64,000 nucleotides of DNA from Octopus vulgaris (lineage: Eukaryota). The notes beneath the pieces are model-generated. The model was not told the DNA's origin, did no database searches, and was given only the letters and a program-made list of their open reading frames with translations. Position 1 is the first letter of the stretch, and every line of letters begins with the position of its first letter. The DNA is taken from positions 38,750,001 through 38,814,000 of the forward strand of contig OX597825.1 in the NCBI GenBank assembly GCA_951406725.2. Direction: 5' to 3'. Positions 28,828-41,355 of the stretch are shown in pieces. The position numbers and the translations under genes are program-made.

Positions 28828-30605
28828 TTTTTTTTTTTTTACGACAGTGTTTACAATTATTGAGCTTAATAGTCCATTACAAAATTATTCAGTATACACA
28901 CAATCAATCCTCCTCATCGGAGTCCCCAAGCAAATGACCTGCCGCCTGCAGGAAAGCATGCATCGGCAGGTCGAGGTCCGGAAAGAGGAAAGCAAATTAT
29001 TCCTCATTACAGGTCACCATGACCTCAAACAGCATCGGGTTCGGTAGGCGGCACAACGACATCCGCTGACCGTCTCCCGTTTCTCTATCTTTTATTTTTC
29101 CTCCTTACAGTTGCGGGGGTAGGGGCCTCAACCGGCACACCCAGGGGATCCTCCTACTCTCCCACAACCAGCGCATCTGTTGGTGAGCAACCATTGTTGC
29201 TCACCTTTCTTTTCCTTCTCGTTGAGGTCGATGCCTCAACGACTTCCTCCGTTTCTCCATTCAATGGGATAGCAGAGGGCACCTTCAGCTTTCCCTGCTC
29301 CGGGACCTTACCACAGCCCCGGGGGCTGTCCTTCTTAATGTGACCTGACTCCAGACTCGAGTGACACTTAGTGGGGGCAACACTCAAGTATCACTGGATA
29401 CCTTGAGCCATCCATTAAAACAAAATCTGGAAAAATCACGTCTGTTGCGGCCGATGGGGTCCACAGGGTCGAAATCGCTTTTGACCCTTCCCAATCGACC
29501 GCCAGCAATACCCTTACATATAAGAGCCTGGGTCGCTATCCTACGGTCCCCGTCGGATGGTATCTTCAATCCAACCGGTGCCTGGGGGTAACCCACATAC
29601 CCAGGCCCTTATTAATTTCCTCCCGCAGTAGGACAGCAGGAACAGAATTTCGTTGCTCTCCAAGGGCTGGCTCGCAAAATTGCGAGCCTTTTCCCGGTTG
29701 TCAAACAGCAGCTATACGGTTGCATATTTGACACTGCGGGATATGTATTTCACGGAGGACAAATAGCCTTTCAGTTCATGTTCTATAACTGGTTTCCGGA
29801 AGACGGTGATAGAATAAAGAACTTTAGAATAAGTTCTAACCACCACCGTCCTCTCCTCCATATCTTTTAACCACTGCTTCGGTGGGACAATCTCCCACAC
29901 AACAATCTTATCCGTATTTTTTTGCCATGTCCAAAGCAATAGTTTACAAAAAAAAAGAAAGAGAGAATTCAAAAGAAAACAAAAGGGAAGAAGAAATAAA
30001 TAAAAAGCAAACAGTTCAATAAAAAGTCACAATAGAAGAAGAAAACAATAGTTCAAAAAAAAGAAAACACACCAATAAAATCTGGGCATTTATGTACTCC
30101 AAACCCTTGTGGTACTCCAATTAGAACCTGGACCGCTCCACTTGAATACAGCTTTCCAACGTTGTCGTAAAATACACACTATTTAAAAACGGCGAACGAC
30201 TTTCGGTGGCAGGATAGTCACCAAACTATATTTCTCACAATGAGAAAAAAATTTCACTTCATGGGAACAATTGAATTACAGTTTTCCAATAATGGGAAAT
30301 GTTGTTGTCGTAAAAACAAAGTATTTGAAGGATACGCCCACCAGACAATGAGAAAAAAATCTTCATTTACTATGGACCATATTGGTGAACCACAAGTAGA
30401 CTTAACATCCTGAATTCAGTGAGGATTCCCTGTTTGTAAAATATATACGCACAGACAACGACCCTGACCAGGTCCAAGAGAAAAGTTTTACCTTGCAGCG
30501 TTTCTTTTGGCAGGCTGAACACAGCCAGCTATCTTCTTCAGTGCACAACACAATGGCACATGCGAACACTGACAACAAAACTCATGGGAAGTCTTAAAGA
30601 CTCAC
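28828..30605 (-). mobile_element. ORF1-only non-LTR element (L1/Tx1-like, HAL1-type) with poly(A) tail
   Basis: GC-richer island; T13 at 28828-28840 (poly-A on minus strand); disrupted ORF from ATG 29928 to TGA 28904; no RT seen; 5' boundary approximate. Confidence 0.6.
28904..29928 (-). pseudogene. disrupted ORF1/gag-like protein of about 340 codons with degenerate CCHC knuckle
   Basis: Frameshifted reading ...NTDKIVVWEIVPP...MEERTVVVRTYSK...; C-HS-(S)-LESG-H-IKKD-(S)-P at 29325-29366 fits CX2CX4HX4C spacing with two C>S changes; ends ...GDSDEED*. Confidence 0.6.
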
Positions 30606-33476
30606 AGGAAGCAAGCTACTTACCACACAACCACTTCCGCACCTACACACACACACACATACTCCTGAATTTTCCTCCTATTTAAAATTGCATTTTACCA
30701 CTGATGACAGCTTCCTTATAATGGTTCTCAGGACTAAATCACGACATCTGATTAGTAGAAGGATTGCGATTTCCCTGTTTATCCGTGTATTATATTCTGC
30801 TTCACTCTCTTCGTTGTCACTGCAACAATATTTGTTTTTTAAATTTTCACTTTTATTTAATTTACTTACTTCATAATTAATTTACTTTAGATATCATAAG
30901 TATTACTAGTTATAGGTATAATAATTTTAGTCACTTTTCTGTTGGGAGTGAGTAAAATTTTATCAAAGAAATTATTTATGTTGGTTATTAGGTTTTTGTG
31001 TTTAGAAACTTTTGATTAGTGCTTGATGTTATTGAATAACTAATATGAGTTATACGTATGTATGTATATGTGTATATGTGTGAATGTATGAGTGTGGAGA
31101 TGTGTGTGAGCTCGTATATATTTACGCTATCACAGATGCACACACGTACCGGCGCACACATTCACAAGAATACACAAGCGCGCGCGCACGCACACACAAA
31201 CGCGCATATATAATTTGGCTCAAATTTCACTGAGCTTCACCTTTAGGTACAGAGGATCAACAAAAAAGTACTCCATCATGTGAGAGATAAATTTTCAACG
31301 TGCACATCTTAAACATGCGTACTAATAATAGTTCCTTGTTTTTGATACACCTGTCCCCAAGCGTACAGGCTCTGAACACATAGCTTCTTCTATTTGCAAA
31401 TCAGGACGGTGGTATGCGAGAAATCATGAGAAACACGTGAAGATTGTAGATGTAAAATGTGGAAGGATGAATAAAAGCAGAAAGAACATTACAGTTATGT
31501 GCTCTTTGGCCATAAAAACATAATTAAGCTAGTTATAGAACTGTTCCACGGAACAGGGCTTAAAATCTACGCGACAGCTGCCTTATCTGGGGAGGTTATT
31601 GTATGTACTCCCGTTCACCAAAAGAAACCTGTCCATATGCCTTTATTTACTGAAAATTTCGCTTCTGGAATTTAGTAGTGCAGTGGAATTCTTTGATCGA
31701 AAATGAATGCACGATCTTTCAGCTACGCAAAAGTTGCGTTTCTTAGATTCATTAACATGTGGCACTTGAGTTCTCTACTATTTTCTACTTGATTGAATGT
31801 AACATACAGCTAGATTTCAAACTTTACTTTTGTCGATATATTGGTAAGAAGTTAGGTGGTTTGAGCAAGGTCTTTTGAAATCGCCTTCTTATAACACAAT
31901 GTACATTTTCTGTTCGGTCAGATAATCTTGAAACGTTGCTTATGATTTTGCTTTTCATTTTAAGTAAATCCCAGGTAAACAGTTCTAATAGAAAGGCAGA
32001 AGGCACCAGAAGCAAGAAATAAGGAAAATACACGCACAGTTAAATATAGAAGTGTAAAGTATAATAAGCTACATGATCTCTATAATAAATTTGATATTGA
32101 ATGGAATAATTCCTTGTTTGAAATTTTTCCTTATATGTATATGTGTGTGTGAGGATACTGAGAACAAGCATGTCACCTCTATGTGCTTTTTTTTTCTACG
32201 GTTTCTGACCTTGTCTCAAACGGAGATTCTTAATATGCAAAAATACCTACTTTCAGACATTTTAATACACCAATTCCTTAACTTATCTATTTTTACCCCG
32301 AAATTTTACAACTAGGTTAAGGGTTATATATGGATGCACAAGCGCACTAAACGGAGAAACTGAAACAAATATGGACGACTTGTTCTGAAACACCCTCCAG
32401 TGGGAAACGGTTCGCAAAAACAACCCCGAATTGCTTTCTCAAATATCCTATGCTTGGAATCTACATAGACCAAGGTATATTTGTAGACAATTTCATTTAA
32501 AAAGATATTCATTCTCCTGACAGTAAAGATGAATTGAAGTGGAAAAATTTTCCCTCCCCCTCATAATAGACTTTCCCCAAAATATTTTGTATTTTCCGAA
32601 TCTACATGATATAACACATATTCGTAGAAAATTTCATCAAAATATCCATTTTTCTGAAAGTCCAAAGTCATAGGTGGCGAAAAAGCCTGTGGTGAGATGG
32701 TACCAACTGTCAATGATCTCATGATGCACGTGCTCATAAATAATGTACAAACTTTAGCAACAGTCTGTGGCTCTGTGATCGAGTCATCTTATCTCCTCGT
32801 AATGATGCTATCAACAAAATCAACTGGGATCTCTTGCCGCTGTTGCTCGGACAAGACCAGTCTTTCTTGAATCTATTCCTCTAAAATTGTACTGAAGTTT
32901 TGATAGACTCAAGAGTGAATAGAAATTTTATTTGAATATTTAACTGCTAGTTCTTTGACATCATTACGTAATCTGATTTACTCGTGAAATTAATGGAAAT
33001 TTGATTTCATAGTTTAGGCAACCAATCGTTGTTATATATATAACTGTGTGACAAACGAACAACTCATTATTTAACAGTGTCTGTATATTTCTATTTATAT
33101 ATTAGGAAATACACATGCACTGCAGTAATATTATTAGTGATAACTGAGATCAGGTACATAGCATATATGATGAAATTGTTTCTAATAAGAGAAATTTCAT
33201 CAACATTAGTTGCCAATATTAAGGGCAAATAGAAAATACTAATAGATTTTGTAGAGGGGGAAGTGGTAAAGACAAACGCCAAATTGAATATTTTCGATAA
33301 GGGAAAACGCACAGCATTTATTGGAGAAAATGACAATTCTTAAATTAAAGATTGTGTATTACCATTAAAAAAAACCAGAAGAAAGCAAAATCGAGAGGAA
33401 CAAAGCAATACCAAGAATCGCAGTGATGATGATTATGATGGCAAAGATAAAAGCAACAACAACAACAATAATAATA

Positions 33477-33684
33477 GTTTCAAATTTTGCCACAATGGCA
33501 GCCATTTTGTGTGATATGTGTCAATTACATCAACTCCAGTGTTCAACTGGTACTTAATTTATCGACCCTGAATCAATGAATGCCAAAGTTGAACTCGGCG
33601 GAATTTGAACTCAGAATGTAACGACGGGCGATTTACCGGTAAGCATAACGTCCAGCGCGCTAAATATACTGCCAGCTCGCCGCC
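33477..33684 (-). mobile_element. SINE family C
   Basis: Reverse complement of the 9482-9690 family; (AAT)n on both sides. Confidence 0.8.
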
Positions 33685-33711
33685 TTAATAAAAATAATAA
33701 TAATAATAATA

Positions 33712-33749
<38 letters not shown>

Positions 33750-33750
33750 T

Positions 33751-34304
33751 GCCCTGATGCAGTACCAGGCAGTGGCTCTCATGGCTTCTGATCTTAACTG
33801 ATTGGAAGTGTTATCATGTACATTGTTTTGTCTTGGTATAAAAGATGGGCTACAGCAAATATTCTGCTCAATACCACAGATTTGCTTGTCAGTTGTTTGA
33901 CCATAACCAGTTGAGCATGTCCCTTAGTGGCTGACGATATGTGCATCTCTGATCACGAGCAGAAGTAGTGGGGGAGCATCATAGCCATGTGTTGAGAGGG
34001 ATTCTTTGGGGTTTGAATAGTTCACCTCTGGAAACATGGGTGGTTCTTTCAACATCCTTAAACAACCCTTATTCAGGGACCGTTTGAGCGGGATGGGCTA
34101 CTCAACCTAAAGAAAATTCTAACTGGGCCCCACCTGCAAAGTCATGTGCTGTTTATCTTGATATGAGATCACCATGTCGCGCACATATGGTTGTGATGCA
34201 TGTGCCTGGTGTACCTTTATCAGACGGGTAGTCATGATGGGTATATTGGGCTTCGTATATTTTACCCCAGTGTCACTTTGATGGCATGAACTGCTCTCTC
34301 ACTC
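33751..34304. mobile_element. 554-bp non-coding element inserted in (AAT)n
   Basis: Sharp boundaries into (AAT)n on both sides; homologous copy at 34364-34614. Confidence 0.7.
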
Positions 34305-34363
34305 AATAATAATAATAATAATGATGATGATGATGATGATGATAATAATAATGATAATAATAT

Positions 34364-34614
34364 ACCTGATGCACTACCTAGTAGTGGCTTTCATGGCTTT
34401 GGAACTTAAATGATTGGAAGTATTATCATGTATATTCATTTGTTTTGGTATGAAAGATAGGCTACACCAAATATTCTGCTCAATACAACAGATTTGCTCG
34501 TCTGTTGCTTGACTTGACCTTAACCAGTAATAAGAATGTCGAGCACATATGGTTGTGACACACGTATATTTGTCCCCCTGTGTCATTTCGATGGCATGTG
34601 CAGCTCTCTTACTC
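34364..34614. mobile_element. internally deleted, diverged copy of the 33751-34304 element
   Basis: Same termini (CCTGATGCA... and ...GCTCTCTYACTC-AAT) with the middle missing. Confidence 0.7.
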
Positions 34615-34624
34615 AATAAGAACA

Positions 34625-34637
34625 AGAATAATAATAA

Positions 34638-34668
<31 letters not shown>

Positions 34669-34678
34669 AATAATTATA

Positions 34679-34741
<63 letters not shown>

Positions 34742-34742
34742 T

Positions 34743-34820
<78 letters not shown>
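34625..34820 (+). repeat. (AAT)n-(GAT)n microsatellite
   Basis: Read directly from sequence. Confidence 0.95.
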
Positions 34821-34824
<4 letters not shown>

Positions 34825-35339
34825 GAGGGATATGGACGCCATGCCATTTCTTCGAAATAGATTGTCCAATGCTGCGTGCTTAATCGAGGCAGAAAGAAAG
34901 AAAAGCTAAGTCAAACCTCACGAAATGTTAACTGTAAATATATAAAGCCAGAACTTCCACTAAGAATTTTGCCCAACGGCTAACGATTGTGTTATCTCGT
35001 CGCAATAACAACAACAAAAATGAGTAAAAGATATAAAACTAAGAATGGCGTACTGTATTATTTTTGTTCAGCCCAGAAGGCGTAAACTGTGTGAAAAAAA
35101 AAAAACAGTAGAAATGATACCATAAAATGTAATAAATAAGAAAATTATGTTTATAGCGTCAATAAAAATACAATAATGTAAGACTTATTCATAACAATGA
35201 AACGCATCTAAATACAATATTCTTTAATGTTCAGCCATGTTTAGGCTTGGAACAGATGTAAAATGCCTGATGGTGTTTGTATAAGCTTACCTGCAAGTAA
35301 AATATATTATATTGGATTATATTACAAAAGTATCTAGAT

Positions 35340-35647
35340 TAGGGCTGACCAACCTGAGGCCCGCGAGCCGCATGCGGCCCACAGACTCCTATCTTGACGC
35401 TCACTTGATACTTTCTTGAAATTGGTTTAATTAAACAAATATTTGAAAAAATTTTATCAAAAAGTAAAGATTATAATGAAAACTTTAAAGTAAGACGCTA
35501 CTGTTTTTGCAACTATCATTTTTCATACGGAATCGGCGATCATTCATCCATTATTAACGCTTTCAATTATGTCAGTATACACGCAACACTTAAAAAACTG
35601 TCTGTGATTAAAGTAACCCGCAATGCAATTCGAGTTGGCCACACCTG
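35340..35647. mobile_element. non-autonomous hAT (Charlie-type) MITE
   Basis: Imperfect TIRs TAGGGCTGACCAAC / GTTGGCCACACCTG; subterminal GGCCCGCGAGCCGCATGCGGCCC; 8-bp TSD ATCTAGAT / GTCTAGAT (NTCTAGAN, typical of Charlie elements). Confidence 0.8.
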
Positions 35648-38600
35648 GTCTAGATTCTTTGTAAAATGCCCGTCAAGAATTAAAATACTGAGGTTTTTAT
35701 TCAACTTAATATCCTTAACCCAGGGAGCCATGCGTCTTTGTATGTGTATGTGTGTGTGTGTGTGTGTATGTATATACATCTAAAGATATATTTATATATA
35801 TATATATATGTAGTGAGTATAAGACTTAGTGACACATGAACAAATTAACTAAATGATAAAAACAAACTTTACAAAATATAACAAAGGTTTTGAGTAATTG
35901 ATTTATGAAACATGAGATGTAAAGTAGATAAGTAACCCAATCATTTTAGGGTAGCAGACAACGATAAAATAGGGTGACAGATAAATGTATTAAACGTAAT
36001 AAGTAGGCTGGAAAGGTACAATTCTAAGTGTATGTGTACTATAATAAATAACCGAGTACAAGTTAAAAAACTATATATCACAAAAAGTTAAGAGTGCAGT
36101 TCCAATCCAATCGTCATGAAATGATATAACAGATAACTTGTAGTTTGGATATTATAGAGTGGAGAAAAGGGTGTGTAACACTAATCTATTTGGAAAAACT
36201 TTGTGTTAGTAGCAAGAGTAAGTTGTCAAGGACTGCTCTTTACGTAAGTATAGACTTTTGATATGATCATTGAGCATAGTGCCTCTGTCGAATATGTGAT
36301 TGAAAACTTTACATAGAAACTACCATGTTTTTGTTTTTTTTGCCGGTATATAATTCAGCATTTAGTTCTATGCGCCATTAAAATGCGGCGTTAATTTTTC
36401 TATTCTCAACTCAAAGTGAAATTGTTTTTTTTCTTCAAATTTGAGATTTCATATTTTCTTTTAAGGGTTCTAAAATTTTTGTTAGCGGTTATTATTGCTT
36501 AATTAAAACTATAAAGAAAATATTCCCATGCAAGTTTGCAATTCGATATTGGTTATAATTTAAATATATTATATTATTATGTAAAGAATATGGTATAAGT
36601 AACAAGTACTACAGTTCATATGATTGAAATTGTTCTTTATATTACTATTTCTATAATGACAATTTGTGCGGGTACATTTTGTCCCGGATTTTGTGGTTAG
36701 AATAAAATACTTTTTTATATTCTAAATAAATAGGATATACTAAGCTGTGGTACTTGGTGAACGATCTAAAATTTAGAGTCATGAGGATAACTTAAATGGA
36801 GAGTTAAATGACGCAACATTTCATTTCCTCTTTCTAATTAAATGAAGCTTGATGCGATTTCTTTCTTTCACAGGAAAGATTGATATAAAATGTTTACTTT
36901 TGCAGCCTTATCTAGAAAATGCAATGTAATAGAGAAATGCTTACGGGAAAATGTGATTGTTACAATACAAGTTTAAGGTTGAGAGAGATAATTTTAAATA
37001 AATTAATTATTTTGTGACATAGCATTTGTAGGATAAGAATATAACCGAATGACTCATTGGGTATTTTTAACTACAATCAGAATAAGTTAGCAAGCTATAA
37101 AGTAGCACAGAAGATGTATTCTAGAGGTGCGTTCAAGTAGAAATACGAAAGAAGAAATACTTACATTTTATCTAGGATTCTGCCTGTCATTCCGATATTG
37201 CATTTTTTGCAAGGCAATGAGCTTATTACATTTGTATATTCCACCTTCGAAATTATGTCATTTTCGAGAAGATAATTTAGAAATACATAAAACTATAAAA
37301 ACAATATTTTCTTCCGTATGTTTCGTACAAAACAAGCGAGTAATTTGTGTTTAAAATTGTTGCATGGTCTATTAGTTTGACGTATGAAACATTCCCGCTA
37401 ATTATTGATTTAAAAAGGTTTACAAACTGACCATATTTATCCTACGTGTATGCATGGATGGATATATGTATGTAACATATGTACACATACATGCAATATT
37501 GGAATATATGTATACCAATGGGATTTTATGTTGTATGAGATGCATTCCAAAGGTTTTGAAATACTTTTAGTGGGAGAAGTTGTAACTGGTAAATTTTTCA
37601 GATTTTAGTGTATCACTACAATGCATTACTATCTTGTACTTGTTTCAGTCAGTGGGCTGCGGGCATGCTGGAGCAGCTGACTATCCAATTTAATTTTTCA
37701 GTTCCAGAGGCAGCTGTAACAACTTCATTTGTGACAGAGTACTGGTTCGCTGAATACAGTCGGAGATGAAGACAATGTGGAAGCCCCCTATACAATAGAT
37801 GTTCGTGTGAAACTAGGCAAAAGCCATGCAGAAACATGTAATTGTCCAGGCTGTTTACGGGATAACACTGTATGAGTTGAATATGCTTAATGCGGTCTCG
37901 GTAGGGTGTAGGACGGTAGAGCGGAGGGGAGAAACGATGAGAGATATGAAAGGGAAAGAACGTCAGATTATCAAAGCTGTAAGAGAAAATTTGCAATTTT
38001 CTAAATGAAGGCTGTCGTGCGTCTACAGAACAATAAGCAAATATTTTGGAATTGATGTTGCAAATATGCACACAATTATTCATGAAAATCACAATATGCG
38101 CAAAATGTGTGCAGAATTCATGTAATGTAATATTTTGTTTAGTGGGGGATGGGAACATAAAAACAACATTTCAAAGTTAATTCCACAACATTTCTGATAT
38201 ATTTTTTTGTAATCACTCTAATAATCACAGTAAGTCTGCAAATCTTAATATTGCATTGAGACACTTGCATGGGAGCTTAAAATCTTCAATGATTTATGGG
38301 CAAATGTATCCCTGCTTGAAACTATGTATCTGTGTATGTTTATGAATATGTGTGTGTTTATGAATATGCGTGTGTGCCTGCGTGCGCGTGTGTATGATTA
38401 CAATTAGATACACGCACACACATTCGGAAAGAAATAAGATGATAAAGCATAGATTTGTTTTAAAAGGCCAAAAATATATTAGAATCACAATAGTAAAAGT
38501 ATTATACAATATTATACAAAATAAGATTTATTCTTCCAACATGATAAGCCGTTTCGTTATCGCTTTTCAAATAATAAATTTGGATGAATTTCTGAATTTA

Positions 38601-38734
38601 GTTTGCTAGCGGGAATAATTGGTAACCAATGTATTTTACAGTAAAGGTTAGGTAAATCTGTATTTGAAACAAAAAATATTGGTCTACATTTTATTCTTAA
38701 AATAGTTGGGGTATATTTTTAAGTTTCAATATGG

Positions 38735-39062
38735 GTTTATATTCAATTCCGTCTTATATATTTTCAGAAAATTAGGCCCCTTTTTAAGTCGTACTTGTGT
38801 TCAGACTCAAATAGTAAATTCACATAATGGGAAGATTAGGAATTGTAGTTGCAGCTGTCCTGCACATCTGTCAATGTGTTCACTGAGATATATCTGACGA
38901 TATTGTGGGGAGGATATGTGATGTCCGTGTATAGTACATCTCGGTCCGATCGACATTACTGTCGACTCTATATAGTTTTTATGGGAGCCTGAGCATCTGA
39001 TAACATAAATGTGGTTTTCAGAGGGGCAAGTGAAGTTGGATTTTACTATGTAATGTAAAATT
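38735..39062 (-). pseudogene. Penelope-like GIY-YIG endonuclease remnant
   Basis: IVKSNFTCPSENHIYVIRCSGSHKNYIES...QYRQIYLSEHIDRC...FLIFP matches the PLE pattern FTC-S-N-IY-I-C--C---YIG. Confidence 0.75.
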
Positions 39063-39189
39063 GGCTTTATTCTAACATAAACCCAAACAATAAATATTTG
39101 TGTTAGTGTATGTGGGTGTGTGTATGTGTGTGTGTAATGTGTGTGGGCGTTGTTAGGGGATTTGCACAGGTGATAGCGATGTGCAAAGT

Positions 39190-39495
39190 GGGGTGGTCTG
39201 ATTGGATTCGCCGGAAGGCTCGGAGAAGGGTGCGTTGGAGAGGTATGGTCTTGGGGTAGTAGGTGAAGAGAAAGGGGAGAATGAGTGACGGCGAGGCGGA
39301 AGTGGGGGTAAAGAGCAGATGTACGGTCCATGGAATGTGCTCTAGCAAGGGCGGTGTGGCGAGCCATGAGTTGAGATTCAGTCTCAAACTCATGGTCGCC
39401 ACTGCAGATCCGGAGTAGACAGAGGATTTGGGTATACGGGATGGAGAGCTTGGTGCGTTTAGCGTGGGAGGAGGAGAAATTGAGGTATTAGTATG
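39190..39495 (-). pseudogene. Penelope-like reverse transcriptase C-terminal (thumb) remnant
   Basis: YLNFSSSHAKRTKLSIPYTQILCLLRICSGDHEFETESQLMARH, then after a frameshift FTYYPKTIPLQRTLLRAFRRIQSD; resembles the SSHP...SIPYSQFLRLRRICS motif of Neptune-type PLEs. Confidence 0.8.
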
Positions 39496-40095
39496 AATTT
39501 GTATATATATATATATATATTATCTATCGATCTATTGTATGTGTGTGTACGTGTGTGCGTGCGTGTGTGTATATAAATATATAATAGATATATGTATATA
39601 AATACGTACATATATTGTTTATACAAGATATTGATTGCGTGACACATAAATACTATTTAGAAAAACACGTGCATCCGATATTGAAAACAGAGCATGAACT
39701 TGCATATTATAGTCATAGTTTCCTTTCACACGTCTCTACACTTCGAAAGATCACAGAGTACATATGAGAAATCAATATTGGAGAATCGGTTTAGATGTTA
39801 TTTAATTACGTCATGTAATACGTCTTTCAATAGTGGTCGGATTATGCAATCCAGGTAGCTAAGCTTTCTTAGTTTTCGCATTCTCAGAGACTCGTGGCCA
39901 AATGAAGACCTAGCAAAAGTTAAAAATCATCAGAACCAAAACCGGCATGATTTACGGCAACAACATTAATAACTATGATTTGATATTGAAAAGTCTAGTC
40001 GATTTGCTAGAAATATCAGCAAAACTTTCACGTAGTACAGCATAACCTCATTGCAGAGTTTGGAGTGAGAGAGCGTAGCTATCTATCTATCTATA

Positions 40096-40268
<173 letters not shown>

Positions 40269-40453
40269 ATATGCATATATGTATGTATGCGCGCGTGTTT
40301 GCATGTGTGTGTATACGAGTATAGATAGACAAATGCATAGAGAAATATGAATATGCAAACTTAAGTACATATATGTAGGTATATATGAGTGCGTGTGTTT
40401 ATATATGTATATATATGTGTATAAATGTGTGTATAAGTGTGTGTATATGTAAA

Positions 40454-40758
40454 GCGCAATGGCCCAGTGGTTAGGGCGGTGAACTCGCGGTCATAGGATC
40501 GCTGTTTCGATTCCCAGACCGGGGGTTGTGAGTGTTTATTGAGTGAAATCACCTAAAGCTCCACGTGGCTCCGACATGGTGTGATGGCAAACTCTGCTGT
40601 ATTATTCCATCACAACTTTCTTTCACTCCTTCTTATCGCACTCTCTGTCACGCTGAATCTCCCTGAGGTCTACATTAAGGGTATACGTGTCTGTGGTGTG
40701 CTCAGGCACTTGCACGTTATCTTCACGAGCAGGCTGTTCCATTGATCGGAGTGCCACG
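40454..40758 (+). mobile_element. tRNA-derived SINE family D
   Basis: A-box TGGCCCAGTGG (40460-40470), B-box-like TTTCGATTCCC (~40505-40514), followed by a non-tRNA body. Confidence 0.65.
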
Positions 40759-41355
40759 ATGTGTGTATATACAGTTGCGCGGGAACGAAATTTGCTTAGG
40801 GGCTGCAAACTCAAGTCCAAATTTATTTACAAGGTCGTTTTTTTTCAATCTTCATATGAAAACAAATTACACATTAAAAATTAGTAAGAACACAATACCC
40901 ATGTAATCCTTAAGTCCACTCTTTTCTTTCTTGAGTTCTCATTTTTTCTTATTGTACTACTGATGAGTATTGCTAGACAACTCATATTCTTAAAATGAAT
41001 TTATTGTCTTCCGTATAAAACGATCGTCTAGCGAATTGAATAAATATTTTATCCCATAGTAACATCAAATCTCCACCATTTATGAAAAAAATTATTGAAT
41101 TTGTCGAACTTCGTTCTATAAGAATCAACGTTAGGAAACTTTCGGAAACTACCCTAGTTAATTGACGAATCCTCATTCAACGCATTTTATAATATACATA
41201 TATAGCGGTAAGTGTTTTGCTTCCAACCACATGCCTCCGGCTTCAGTCCCACTGCGTGGCACCTTGTGCAAGTGTCTTCTTCTATAGCCGCGGGGTGACC
41301 ACAGCCTTGTGAGAGGATTTGCTAGACGGAAACTGAAAGAGGCACGTCGTACATA

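Noticed and set aside
32455-32670. Degenerate ~70-bp internal direct repeat
   Set aside because: Probably inside an old non-autonomous DNA element; ends could not be defined.
37738-37875. Possible plus-strand terminal exon STGSLNTVG...CNCPGCLRDNTV*
   Set aside because: Weak acceptor, no recognisable domain, no supporting exons.
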